Assembly (NCBI GenBank): GCA_964016885.1
Contig: OZ024748.1
Location: 58,590,001-58,654,000, forward strand
Length of the DNA stretch: 64,000 nt
Reading direction: 5' to 3'
DNA from: Eledone cirrhosa
Taxonomy: Eukaryota
The translations under genes and the position numbers were made by a program. Below, piece after piece: positions 48,309-64,000 of the stretch (positions are counted from its first letter, which is position 1; each line of letters begins with the position of its first letter). The notes beneath the pieces were generated by a model that had not been told where the DNA came from, did not search any database, and saw nothing but the letters and a program-made list of their open reading frames with translations.

Positions 48309-50587
48309 GATTAGGCGGAGGACAATACCACATACACACATACGAATGGCACGAATGTTACCTATTTCACTTGTGCTTCTATATTATCACCACTTGTATA
48401 CTATGGGCAATATTCCTCTGGAAAAGCATACACACACATAAATCTAACACGAATTAAATGTCAAGATTACTGCAAGTTGTTATCGCAAAGAAGAAGAGAA
48501 AATATATTTTCTCTTTCTCTTCTTCTCCCTCTCTCAATCTCTCTCTCTGATATTATATTGGTAGACAAGCAGGAACATATATATTTGTATATTCATATAT
48601 ATTTATAAGCACATTTGTATAATATATTTTACTGATAGCAATCGTGCAGAGAGATTTCTTATAACGAAGTTAGCTAATGATCTGCCACGATACTTTATTT
48701 CAAGGTCAATGTTTATAACACATGTCAGGGTATACGCGAAATTCGGGAGTTGGCTCGGGACCTATGATCAAGCCGGAAACCAGGTTTAATTCTAACAGCG
48801 ATGTTGACTCCGCTCAATGCAATCAAGGCCCAACTGATGGTGTTAAATCAGACAATTCTTTATGTCTACCAATTTAAATGTTAACTCTACCACCACCCCA
48901 AAACACTAGACGAAGTCTGTTATAAATCGTAAATGGTGAAACAAAATACTTCGAAGAATATTGTCCGATGTTCTGCAGATCCTACTAATCCACTGTCATA
49001 AAATATTAATGATATTATTAATAGCAGTAATGTCTTCAATTATCTCCAACGTATATTGCTAATTACACTAAAAACTTTCGCTTAAACAGGTAATTTGCAA
49101 CGAACATTAATTACTCGGATTTATTAACATCATCAAATAATTGCCAAGTTATTTCTCAACCGATTATTTAGAATGTTGATGAGTTTGTAAATTTTGTGTT
49201 ATTTGCTTTCGATTTTGTTTGTGTCTTTTTTTATTTTGTTACCTTTATGCTTATTTTTTTATGTTATTTTTGTTAGTTTCAAGTAACGTTTCGTTTTTTT
49301 TTTCATATTTTTTCATCTATTAGATTTCTGCTTCTTCTTTATATTTCGATTTAAACATATTCGTTTTTTTTTTTGCCTTATTTTTGTTGTTGGAAAATTC
49401 CATTCTGTTCATTTAAAATATTTTATTTTATCTATTGATAATGCAGCGCTAGTAAATGTTGTTGTTGTTCTTGTTGTTGTAATGTTTCTTTTTTACTCGT
49501 AACTTGCAGTATTTTCGAATTGTAGCTAATATGATTGTGGCCAGTGTTGTTGCTGATTAAGCTATGATCTTTTTTTTTTGTCACTGAAGTTGTTTTTCGT
49601 GCTATTTTCGTTTTTGATGTGTTACTGAAAAGAAAAATATATGACTAAATACGATTTAAATATTTTCACAGTTATATCGTTTTGCTTAATTGGAAAATAA
49701 TTATTTCATAATTTTTTTATAGAATCTACTAAATAAAGCCATACTTTAGTCAAGATATTTCTGTCTTCTGAACCACTTAAACATTATAAATTTAATTAAA
49801 GTATTATTTATGTTGCCAGAACGACGACAAATGAAAATGACTTTACGAGAATAATTCACAGGAAACGTGTATGAGGGAACACAGCATGATGAAAAGGTGG
49901 ACATTAATTCACAATGAGATAAAACTGTCCTACAAAGGAGGCAGCTGAATAGGCTCAATCAGCAAAAGTCACGTAAATATTTGAGTAAACTGTTTGCCAA
50001 ATGCAGATTCACTCTCAAATTTAATTCAGGACCAATAGGTTTACATTCACAATATTTCTAATGACACAATCATTCTCACCACTCTCATTCAATTTTCAAC
50101 AAATTCCCATGAATTTGTTTAAGATGTTTCCATGCCTATCGTAAAGTCGTGGGTTTCCTTCCCAGCGGTGCATTGTATCCTTGAGCAAAGCACTCACAGC
50201 CACGCTGCAAGAAAAATGACTTATAATTATAGTTCAAATAGCCAACTTTATTACACACGGCATCTCGTTGAATCAGACCTAAAACTACGTTATGTGTGCA
50301 CGTGTTTGTGTAATGCTCAGCCACTTGCACATTAATTTAACAATCAAGTTGTTCTTTTATGTTGTACAACTGGGTCAGTCATCGTCTTTATGTATGGAGA
50401 TTCACCCGAACACATCCGAATACATACATTACTCTGGTAAAGGTCGTGAATTTTACAAAGCTGAAACATAACAACGTTGAATACACAACGTTTAATGCCT
50501 GATCAACGCAGTCGGATAAACATATTAACGCATACATAGGTAATATAGATAGATGCATATAGTCATAAATAAGTATACATTATATAT

Positions 50588-50895
50588 GAGAAAATTAAGT
50601 TTTTGTAAAGATGTACAGCATAGGTAAATGTATAAGGAAACAAAATTGAAAGAGCTAATGGAATCTTGTTAAGAATATTTATTTACTTTACCGGTTTCAC
50701 AGTTCTTATTATTTTCAAAAGTAAAAATTAAGATGGAGGGTTTTTGTTTCTGTTGTGCTTTGTGTCGCATCTGATACAAATCTTAACAGGAAAAAACCCA
50801 TCTAAATATTACTTTTGAAAATAAAAGGAAACCGGTAAAGTAAATAAATAGTCTTAAAAGATTCCAGTTTCATATTCAATTTCTTTTCCTGATAT
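50588..50895 (-). mobile_element. Diverged foldback element with mirror U3-A8 HHR-like motifs (50682-50725 -, 50808-50844 +)
   Basis: tttactt-TTGAAAA-...-GAAA-ccgg-TA-aagtaaa; arms ~50631-50735 / 50798-50894. Confidence 0.62.
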
Positions 50896-50923
50896 ATATA
50901 TTTATATATATATATATATATAT

Positions 50924-51272
50924 ATATGAATAGAAATAGACCGAGAAAAGTCCGTCATCAGTAGTCTGCTGATTCTCATTGGTTTTCCTTCGCATTAAAG
51001 ACTAGATACCTAACATCAGTGCGAGCGATAACTCAACTAAGTTATCGGGACAGAGGAAAGTGAATAAACAACATGGTAGTAACGCAACGTAAAGAGAGGA
51101 AAAGAGAGACAAGTCAATGAATCTTGTGGGCATAGATCCGACAAATCAAATGACGAAAAGAAAATAAACCCGTCCGAGCCAAGAGAATCACTTGACTACT
51201 GATGACGTACTTTTCTCGGTCTATTTTTATTCATATGTTCATATTCGCAACAACGCAGCACGCCAGTTTTCA

Positions 51273-51277
<5 letters not shown>
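50924..51277 (+). mobile_element. Foldback element with ~43 bp inverted arms (50924-50966 / 51194-51236) and tail, in (TA)n
   Basis: aatagaccgagaaaagtccgtcatcagtagtc mirrored by gactactgatgacgtacttttctcggtctatt. Confidence 0.6.
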
Positions 51278-51329
<52 letters not shown>

Positions 51330-52415
51330 GCTATGATTCCTATCAAGGCGCCAAGCGATTACGGCTGGTGTGTTCAGTAAGCCTCATCAATGTTGTAGGA
51401 ATGTTGCTGTGTGTATATATAGACAGAAGGGTATGGATAGATAGTTAGATAGATTGGTCGATAGATAAGCATATTTATATATATATGGAAAATATGTGAG
51501 TACTTGAGAGTCATCTTTAAATCTGCCTTACAATACATTTTCGTTGCCTTAAGATATTTCAGGTTGATACTTATACCAAGTCCCTCTTCTACGGGTACAT
51601 TATTAACAGTTATCTATTTATTAAACTTTCTTTCTCGTTTCAAAACAACACTCACAAGAAATACAAGAGAAAAACTGCATTGTATAGCAAGAACAATTTC
51701 GGATAACATTTTCATATTTTTTAAAATTAATAAATGTGTAACGCTGTTTGTTTGTAAAATCTGTCTTGTTACGAAACAAAATACTAAACTCAATTATTTT
51801 GTTATATTTTCTAGATCGCATAACTCGCTTTTCTTGTTCTTGATATTCCGTTAAATTTCTTCGGTGTGGCAATATCGATTAGAATACCACTCTTATGAGA
51901 TAATTAAATAACCGATATGTGCTGTTAGATAATTAATATGATGATTTTTATCAATTGGGATATGAAAAGAAAATTAATTTCATTCGAGTTTTCTTGTAGA
52001 TTTACGATAACAACTTCACCATTGCGGGAACTCTTGACGAAATAGCAAAACAAGAATTATCTTAACCAAGTGGGAAGTACCAACAAATACCGTGTGAAAA
52101 ATAATAATGTACACAAATATCATCTCTTTCGATGAATTCTTTAGTCATATATCACTCTAGCGCATATTTAGGAATTGTAATTATGTTACCATGTGACTTA
52201 ATCAGTGATAGTGTGTGAATCCTAATACAATTTTATCGTAAACGGGTTAAGTTATTCATTCGAAAACCACACAAAACCATTTACGTTTAATTTTGTATAT
52301 TTCTCAGTTGCATCACGATTTCGGGTTCCCTCCTATTAACTGGCAGTTCACCTAGATACACAGATAGATAGATATGGATAACTGGTATTGGACAACTGAC
52401 CATAAAGCGTAAAAC

Positions 52416-52558
<143 letters not shown>

Positions 52559-52596
52559 ATTTTATGTATATTATATATATATATATAATATATGTT

Positions 52597-52792
52597 GTGA
52601 TTTAGTTTGTTGGAAGTAAGAATTAATTTTTCTTTTATTGCTACTAGCTATGTGGTATGCTATGTTAGGCGTAGTAGAGTAGGAGATCTTAATGGTGCTT
52701 TTGTTTAAAAGGCTATGGTACTTGTGGCCAGATGGGAAGTTTTTTTATCTAGGAGTGAGAAGAAAGCTCTAGATAGGTTGGTAGAGATAGCT
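52597..52792 (-). mobile_element. PLE (Nematis-like) linker-region fragment, inverted relative to the adjacent endonuclease fragment
   Basis: [53 protein letters not shown] resembles the TN.G..F..L.DKHFP..H...IFN....K.SYSC.PN....I..HN motif. Confidence 0.8.
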
Positions 52793-52826
52793 AGTTGGTA
52801 GAGATAGCTAGTTGGTAGAGATAGCT

Positions 52827-53157
52827 GAAACCTATATAGGCTCTACTTCAAACTGCTTCAAAACTAGATACAATTCGCACCTCAACTCTTTCAAAAACCA
52901 GTCTAGCCAACTCCACTTCACTATCTAGCTACATACACTATCTAAAAACTAAAAATAAATCTTATACACTTAAATGGGAAGTGATAGGTAACGCGACATC
53001 GTACAAACCACCTAATAAATTTTGTAACCTCTGTCTACTAGAGACCCATACTATTATCTTCTCAAACAGTAACCTCCTTAATAAAAAATCAGAAGTGTTC
53101 GCGTCTTGCCAGCACCGCTTCCGACACACCTTCCAAAACTTTAAACCCAATATATAA
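52827..53157 (+). mobile_element. PLE (Nematis-like) GIY-YIG endonuclease C-terminal fragment, frameshifted
   Basis: TYIGSTSNCFKTRYNSHLNSF / NSTSLSSYIHYLK...LKWEVI...SYKPPNKFCNLCLLE...LLNKKSEVFASCQH. Confidence 0.85.
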
Positions 53158-54555
53158 CAATGTCAGACTTGAAACCGTCACCACCTCTAGCAACTAACCT
53201 CAAGGGCACACCTTACCCCACATCTCCACACTCAATGATCCACATTAACACAAATAGTGACTTCCTTCTAGAACCTTTACCCAAGAGATATCCCCATGTA
53301 CTTCTGCTTTTGGTATAATTGCCTTCAATTACTTAGACTACATTACACCACTATATAATTAATGTAAACTTTAAATACTGAATGGGTTGTGCTAATGTTG
53401 TTCTGTGTATGGAGTGCCATCATTGGATAATTTATTAACATAAAAGAACTATATAACCTATATGCTGGGTACAATAAATTATGTACAAGTGATATATGAG
53501 TTGTACATACATGTATGACTTGATGGTCGGATTGGTGACATTGTGAGTGAGAATTGATCTCTGGTCTACCCTAGTGATATTTAACTTTGCCATGCAATCA
53601 GACATGCACTGATCCAGAGCTTACCAGGAGTTATATATAGAAGTGATTATAATAAAACCCTGCCAGGTTCTGCGGGAAGACTACACTTACAAAGATCATT
53701 GATTTGAGGATCTAACTCTTCATGTAGAATATTCAGTTGTGGCACTCTATGATAGAAGGTAATCATCCTAATATGAACACCTTTAGTACTTCTTGATAGA
53801 CTAGACTGTAATTTAATGATAGAATACTTATACTTTGAAACTGTTTATAACCTATATGATAGGGACTCATGTGTGACACCATTTATTGTACATTAGGATA
53901 ATAATTTTAGTTATAGAAATCAGCTAGTTACCTCCCCTCACGCATTAACTCCCCTTAATCACACACACACACTTCCGGAAAATAATACGATGTTAAGCCT
54001 CGCAACAAAAACAACCTGCTCTATAATATTGGATTAAAGAATATTCCAACCTAATTCATCAAGCATCCAATATTGAATCATCGTAGATTATGTGAAGGAC
54101 ATATAATCTATATATTACGTTTCCTGGATTGTGAAAATGGTGGTGTATACGAAAAACCATAACATTGTTTTGCTTCTCATTCTTAAATATTTCTCTGCAC
54201 ACAAGCTTCTATATCATACATATAAAATACTATACAACCCCCATAATACTCTTGATTGCCCGCTTAAAGTGCTTATATTCCATATAACACCTTACGGCAC
54301 TATAATCTAATATAAATAAGACACACGTGCATGCCCCACGTGTAAATAACTTCTTCTAACTATCCTCCTGCATCTTCTTCATAAACTGCCAATGTTGTAT
54401 TATAACATTAATTTTGTTGTAATTTTCTTTTAATATGACTTTAATCTTTGAATGTAAACTGCCATGCTTAAATATTATAATGGATGTCAACCCATTGTGC
54501 ACTCTTTTTTCCTGGACTTTTCCGACGGAATTACTTCACATATGTATATATATAC

Positions 54556-54586
<31 letters not shown>

Positions 54587-54606
54587 CATATATATATATG
54601 TATATA

Positions 54607-55062
54607 TCGTGGCTGCCAACTCGTTTTCGAGTACGGCCACTACTTTATATCCATGTAGGAGAACCCCTACCGAAGCGCTGAACGAGTGTGACTTTTTAGT
54701 TCAGCCAGCGACTTGAAAACTCTGGTACAAACACTACACTTGTGACAATTATTGACACATAGTGCTGGGCCCATGGTACCATGTGACGGCAAGTGCAGAG
54801 AGATCTCCAGATATAAAGCAATGCCTGTGCCGTGAAGCTTTTATAGTGAGCAAAGGCACTGCACAAAGCCAGTCCCACTCTCTTAACCAAGATGATATTT
54901 ACCAAAAAGAAGAACAAGTCAACATCATTGGATACCATCAGGGTTGCAGGTGTTATATCAGAGTTTTCCTTCTCCTAGAATTCTGCCTTGACAAAGGCTA
55001 AGGGGTCATCTCTCCCGGTGATTTTGGATGGCCATTGACTCTTAAGAGCTCCTTTGCCCTTT
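54607..55062 (+). mobile_element. Unclassified interspersed repeat in (TA)n, copy 2 (longer)
   Basis: Reverse complement of 29174-29575 plus ~55 bp extra. Confidence 0.8.
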
Positions 55063-57657
<2,595 letters not shown>

Positions 57658-57878
57658 AAATACAAAATATGAGGAAATAATAGACAGAAATGTACCTATT
57701 TTTTCTTCAAAGTACCGACTGCAGTTTCGCCCTTCCATGTGCAACCCTCTGCATTATCAAATGCATCATCGTTGTGAGTCTAATACGGCTGATCGAGAGA
57801 CGCCTAAGGAAAAAGGACTTTTTCCTTGACGCGTTTGTAGCAAGTGATAAAAAAATATATATATATATATACATACAA

Positions 57879-58073
57879 CAAAGAATGTAAGGAATCAGGT
57901 GGACCATATCGCACCAGTGTACTTGATACGTAGGGTAGTAGAATGGGTAATAGGAAAATGGTCAGGACGCCGACGGTTGAGCTCCGGCCGTTTCGACAGC
58001 TAGATCCGAACAGTACGGATCTAGCTGTCGAAACTGCTGGAGCCCAGCCGTCGGTGTCCTGACTCTCTACCTA

Positions 58074-58075
<2 letters not shown>
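57879..58075 (-). mobile_element. Family F hairpin element, diverged (arms 57961-58008 / 58016-58063)
   Basis: Same tail (ggaatcaggtggaccata.cgcacca) and hairpin position. Confidence 0.75.
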
Positions 58076-58112
<37 letters not shown>

Positions 58113-58121
<9 letters not shown>

Positions 58122-58653
58122 TAAATAAATAATGAACAAACAATTCCTTATATTAAACAAAAAAAGTTCACTATTTAACGATCGTTTCTAGGGTATATAT
58201 GTGCTATAATTGGTATGCATATTTAACAGATCTATGTACAAAATTATACAAAATTATACAAATTATCAAGATTAAATATACATACCTAACTCATATATAC
58301 GCCGTCTTCAGAAATAATTATTTCTGAAGACGGCGTATATATGAGTTAGGTATGTATATTTAATCTTGATAATTTGTATAATTTTGTATAATTTTGTACA
58401 TAGATCTGTTAAATATGCATACCAATTATAGCACATATATACCCTAGAAACGATCGTTAAATAGTGAACTTTTTTTGTTTAATATAAGGAATTGTTTGTT
58501 CATTATTTATTTAATATTTTATCTTCACTCTGTATACCGTTTATCTTTCACCGAAATTGGATTTTCATTACATCTCTTCTTTCCATGATATCCGGAATAC
58601 ATTGAGTTCTTCATACGGATTGGACACTACCGTAAACTCTTGGTAGATTTATC

Positions 58654-58656
<3 letters not shown>
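58113..58656 (+). mobile_element. Perfect spacer-less 410 bp palindrome (58113-58522, centre 58317/58318) plus 134 bp tail, in (TA)n
   Basis: Arms read as exact reverse complements. Confidence 0.82.
58317..58465 (+). ncRNA. Type I hammerhead motif with ~116 nt stem II insertion (mirror copy 58170-58318 -)
   Basis: attattt-CTGAAGA-cggcgtatatatg...catatatacccta-GAAA-cgatcg-TT-aaatagt. Confidence 0.68.
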
Positions 58657-58720
<64 letters not shown>

Positions 58721-58884
58721 GTATTTGTCTCTAATACTTAGACATCACAATGACTGGATATACTATACATATAAAATATCGCTCGGAGAAGCAATTTTAC
58801 ATATTAAATCTATGCCAATATGATTTTGAGTTAGACTAACTTATTGTAGTCTGTCTGATTTATACTTCTGTAAATTGAGATTTT

Positions 58885-58957
<73 letters not shown>

Positions 58958-60914
58958 TGGAGATTGTCTGTATCTGTATATATACGGTGAATCAATGGTT
59001 CAGCAAAACGATATTGATGAAATAATTGCAGATAATTACTGGTTTCGACATAATCGCGTAATGCAGTATCTCAGCATGAACGCAGTCTAATATCTTAAAC
59101 CAATAATATGTTATAATGGTAAAGATTATATCGGGCATTATATAGTCGGGCGTCGCTGATTGTAAGTAACAATATCGTTAATACGGTTTTTAAATGTTTT
59201 AATAAGTGCCATAACAATTTAACTTCCAATTATTTTCGACCGTATTATGATCGGATCTATGTAAACAAGAGAAATCACATACAGTAAAATAACTATTGTA
59301 TTCTATTAAGTGTCAATATATTTACTGGTAGATGAAGATGAGATCCACTTTACTTTAAATATGTCTACATTTATATCAACAACGTACAGTTATATTGCGG
59401 TTCAATTGAATAGAGTATATACATATATTCCTAAAGTGTCACCTTGCATTTAGTCAAGAGAAATCAATAATAAAAAAGGAAATTTTTGCGGAGATTTTCT
59501 AGTGATATAATTTATTTAGTGCAGACTAGACTAACAGGCTGAAATAAAACTAAAGCTATTAAATTTGGCAATCATTATCTATTGCATACGTTTGTCTTGC
59601 AATCTTGTAATCTTTGAAGCAAAGTTAGACCTATTTCTGAGTATTTCTGAATGCTGTAATTAACTCTGTACTAAATACATAGGAAAGTTTCTTTGCATAA
59701 AATTCTTTTTTTGGCACATTATCACCGTAATCAAAAATAGATTCCCTTTGGATCCCGAACTAGCATTATTGAAATCAACAATGGAAATGACGCTACTTTG
59801 AACGGGGGATAATTTAAATAGATTATTCTAGTATTTTCATATCTTTCAGCATCTACATGAGACAAATAAAATTTGGTGTGCATACCCCAGTTGTGATCGC
59901 CTTTTCTTTATAGAATTGTCACGTAATTTGCTTAAAATTGCGACATGCTAAATGCATTACTATCTTAATTCTCTTCCTAAATTATACACCAGCGAGAACC
60001 AGATTTTCACAGCAAACGCTTCATGACTATTATATAGTACCAGTAATTAATAGCACCTTTTGGAATGATTGTAATCTTTCAGCCCCATTATACATTAATA
60101 TAAGTTTCTTAACTTATGCAACTATTAATTTGATGAGAGAGCACAAGTGATCAAATCAAATACATCGTTTTATTGTTAGCTTATTTCTTCTTTATTTTTT
60201 ATGGCACAAAGCATTTTTTTCTTCAACAATTGCAGCCTGAATATTATATGTATCTATACTCCCGTAAATCATGATGGAATCGTACGAGCGCCGTAACTGT
60301 AGACGGTGTTTCGTGGACATTTTAAGCCTGGCGGAGCCAATCGATTTGCAGCCTCGATATTGTATGTATATATGATTCCGTAACTCCTGACCGAGTTAGA
60401 GGGGAGTTGTACTGACATACGTCATTTCCTGGGAATTTCCAAGCCAGGCGGAGTCCGTCTCTCTCCAACCTGGATATTAAAATGGAAAATAAGAATGTGT
60501 TGTTTATACGAGATTATGTTTGGTGTCAAATAGTAGGGAGGAATTTTCCAGTAGGTTTAATAGTTTCTAGATTATAAAAGTAGAGAGGCGACTGAAGAAG
60601 ATAATATAGTATATTAACTGTGAAGTCACGGCAACGACCGCTAGTAGCCACGTTCCAAACATTACAACAGAGCAAACGTTACTAAAAGGAATCCTCGTGG
60701 GCCAGAAGGTGTTGTGAAACAGAACAGTGTCAAATAACTTCGCAAACATCGACGAAAATAAAACGGATGTGACATTCTACTCTCTATGCAGAATGACACA
60801 GAATCAAATGTTTGTTCAAGTGGTACCTACTCTGGGTATCAACAACTGGCAACTATTTTGGCAATCCTGTAGGCATAAAAATCGATCCCAGTAGCATTCA
60901 AAGACAGAAGGAAA

Positions 60915-61243
60915 AATAATTGTTTCTACTTTTGGCACAAGGCCAGCAATTATCCCAGTGTATTACTGGTATTTTATCGGGCCCGTAAGGAAGAAAGGCA
61001 AAGTTAACCTCGGCAGAAGGGAAAATAATGGTTTCTAATTTAAGCACAGGTCCAACAATTTCAGGGGAGGGTAAGTCGAATAAATCGACCCCAGTGCATT
61101 ACTGGTGATTTATTTTATTGACCCAGTAAGGATGAAAGGCAAAGCTAACCCCGGCGATATTTGAACTCAGAATGTAAATGGCCGTACCTCTATGCCACGA
61201 AGCATGTTGTTCAACGCTCTACCGGTTCTGCCAATCCACCGCC
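60915..61243 (-). mobile_element. Two adjacent tRNA-derived SINE copies (60915-61015 partial; 61025-61243)
   Basis: Same family as 11781-11974; B box gagttcaaat on the minus strand. Confidence 0.85.
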
Positions 61244-61458
61244 ATTTAGAGGGGGAAAATAATGAGAGTGTGTACTAAAAGACGTTTGGCCAGACGGTCT
61301 ACAAACATCCCATTAACCAACTATATATTTGTTTATTGTATGGTGCATGGTAGAGATATGGGAATGGTGAATTTAAATGTTATTATGGTCACATATTTGT
61401 GAACAGACAAATAGAAAGACAAGTTTAACCGACCTAAGCCACGCCCAGATACGAACAC

Positions 61459-61655
61459 AAGACCTGTCAACTCTCTACGTCGGACAGGGAGATCTCCCAC
61501 CCATTTTCGTATGGGTGAGAGAGGTCTTCTCTTGTGAAAATGAGTATAGCTTTCATATCTGTAAAATCTCCCCATTTTCCCTCATTTCTCCCCATTTTGG
61601 GAGACTTTTTTTCATAGTTCTCCCCCGTTTGGGTTTTGAGAGGCTGGCAGGTCTG
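61459..61655. mobile_element. Putative MITE with imperfect ~17 bp TIRs and gaacac flanking direct repeat
   Basis: aagacctgtcaactctc ... gagaggctggcaggtctg; gaacac at 61453-61458 and 61656-61661. Confidence 0.5.
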
Positions 61656-63702
61656 GAACACTTCTGGAGAAGTATATCTGTGACCTGACACTAATTTCTT
61701 TCTATGTTGAAGCCACAGCCATATTAGTTGTGTCATACCTAATATTTCAAATCACATTCAAGTTCAAATTTCTTTGTGTCAAGACCGAAATGAAAAGAAA
61801 ATAGTGAAAATAATTATTCTTCTTTATTTTATCCGGTGGAAGTTACATTATTCATTTCAAAAATTCAATTCTCTTTAATGAAAAAGTTTTAATCGATTAA
61901 ACATTAAATAGCTTCAAAATATTTCCATAATTTCTTTGCAAGTTGATTCCTCTTCATTTTCACTTGGGAAATTCTACTTAATTTCATTTTAATTTGGATT
62001 TCTTTTTGCCTAGTCATAGTGGCAATATAATTTTCACAATATTAAGACATAATTAGATCTTTCACAAGCTCAATTTAGGAATCTCATACTTTGTGTTTCG
62101 AATCCATTTCAATGAGCTATCTAAGGTCTGTCTTTAAAACGTTAATCTTCCTGTTCATTACAATTCCCTTCTAAACGTATTTCACTGATCTTTCACGATG
62201 TCACTATTTACTCTTTGCTAATTTTTTTCTTTTACAAAATTATTATTGATTACACGTAGAGATAAAGAGAGGTGATATGGTCCTATCTGGTACTTCCAGA
62301 GCTTGTGGCAAAGAGGGAGGACGTTATCCTTAAATCGCATAACCCAGGTGAATAACTACAACCAGGTTAACTCCGCAAAAATACTTCCAAGGAACAGAGG
62401 GTGAACAAGACGGTGAAATTAGGTCTACCACGCAATTCACATAGAATAGTTAAAAGAATGTTGATTTTATTTGGGCACAAAACCCGCAAATATGGAGGAG
62501 AGGGATATGTTAAATAAATCCATCTATTGATTGAATGAGCTACTAAATCTTACTCAAATTACGCTCACAAAAATTTGAAAATGTTTTAGATAATATAGAC
62601 TTGGAAATCTGATCTACAATAACAAAATATGATCGACGTGGCTGGAAAAGTTTTTTATGATAGGTCTATTTATCGAGCACAACCATGGGTGTAAAAATGA
62701 TTTAACAACACAATTCCACAGGTAAACGGGGTCAAATAGTAATACTAAGACTTGAAAATTATGAACAGGAATGGAATTTAAATTTTAAATTAAACTTTTC
62801 TAGCCAACACACAAATAATATTAGAAAATTTATCTCGTGATGAAATCTAAATTGAAATCTTAACCTTTGTATGGATATTTGTGATAATTCTAGTTATGAA
62901 TGTCGCTGCTTATCAAAAAGCGGGAAACTTTGTGAAAATAGAAATTAAAAGGGAAAAATTAATGTTAATAGCTCAGTTGTATGTAATAAAAGTCATTTCT
63001 AAAGAACAATGACGTAAAGCAATGGCGGATAATCGAATCACAAAACAGGTAATCTCCGGATTTGCGAATTTAAGACAGGTTTTTTGTTTGATTCGTGAAG
63101 TTGGTATTTCCTTCTTTCGGGAAAAAAACAATAAAAAAAAACAAATTATTCTCATTCAGTTATCTCCAAAGAAAACGTTGAATGATTCTGTTGACATTTT
63201 AAGGAAGGAAAATGAATGAAGATGCATGCATAAATCTAAAACAAACAGAGATATTTAAATAAATGTAATCGATTCATTTTTTTTTTATATATTTTTAAAT
63301 ACCTTATTAAGTCGATTATAAAGTTAATTTTTAAGACGGTGTTGTGAATTCTGTAAAAGTCAAGCAATGTTGAACTTCTGATAATTCCGAAACAAATGAA
63401 GGCATCGGGAACAAGAAGAAAATTAAATGTTTTGTATTTCTGAATCTTAAATTAATTTCGAGGATTTCAGGGCGTTAACGGAGGAGATAGTGTAAAAAAT
63501 GTAAGACGTATTATTTTATTTTTATATTGTAAACATTTTCTTCAGTTTTTCTTTTCTTGCAAATAACGATATTTTAGAAAAACCAATGAAAGATCAGGCT
63601 TAATTGTCGATGAGATACAATTTGTAAAATAATGACACGCAATGCCTTATAGATAAAAAGAGACAGTAAAAATATTTAAGGATTTCAGTGATTCAAGATT
63701 AG

Positions 63703-63885
63703 GAATAATAACGGGTTCCAATTTAAGGATAACACCAGCACTTAGGTGCACAGGAGTATTGATTAAACCGGCCCCACTAGATACATTATTTCGTCAACGA
63801 AAACGGTGGTGTTTAAAGCCGCAATTGAAACGATCCTAACTAATTACTGCGAAAGGTCATGCCCGACATTCTAGTGATTCTGTGA
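63703..63885 (-). mobile_element. Old diverged SINE copy
   Basis: Weak similarity to the tail and core of the 61025-61243 family. Confidence 0.4.
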
Positions 63886-64000
63886 ATGAAATACCCTACA
63901 ATACGAATAATTACTGTTTGCTGTTATTGACGTAAAGCAGTATTTGGGATTGAAATACATCTAATTGATTACACAATACATTTTTAGTGCCCCTATATTC

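Noticed and set aside
51194-51236. CTGATGA within the inverted arms
   Set aside because: No downstream GAAA-UH; not called as a ribozyme.
63022-63219. 65-aa plus-strand ORF
   Set aside because: Short, A-run rich, no recognisable motif or splice support.

Overview
AT-rich, microsatellite-saturated eukaryotic DNA. The tRNA-derived SINE family and the very large (TA)n load suggest a cephalopod (Octopus-like) genome; this is inference. Nearly all long ORFs in the track are (TA)n/(CA)n/(GA)n artefacts. Recognisable coding relics are two Penelope-like element (PLE) fragments with GIY-YIG endonucleases (43146-43924 -; 52597-53157, internally inverted), an RTE-like LINE 3' end (18298-18671) and a pogo/Tigger transposase relic (37385-38225). 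A few low-confidence minus-strand exons may belong to a host gene. The most striking signal is about 15 non-coding elements of several different sequence families inserted in (TA)n tracts, sharing one architecture: inverted arm + arm + one-sided 35-135 bp tail. Most of these, plus several non-foldback copies, carry minimal type I hammerhead ribozyme (HHR) motifs, about 20 intact or degenerate motifs in all. They include core variants (U3-A8, U4A, U4C) and greatly expanded stem II domains. Inversion junctions repeatedly fall in or next to the ribozyme. All structure calls were made by eye; none was computed or tested.
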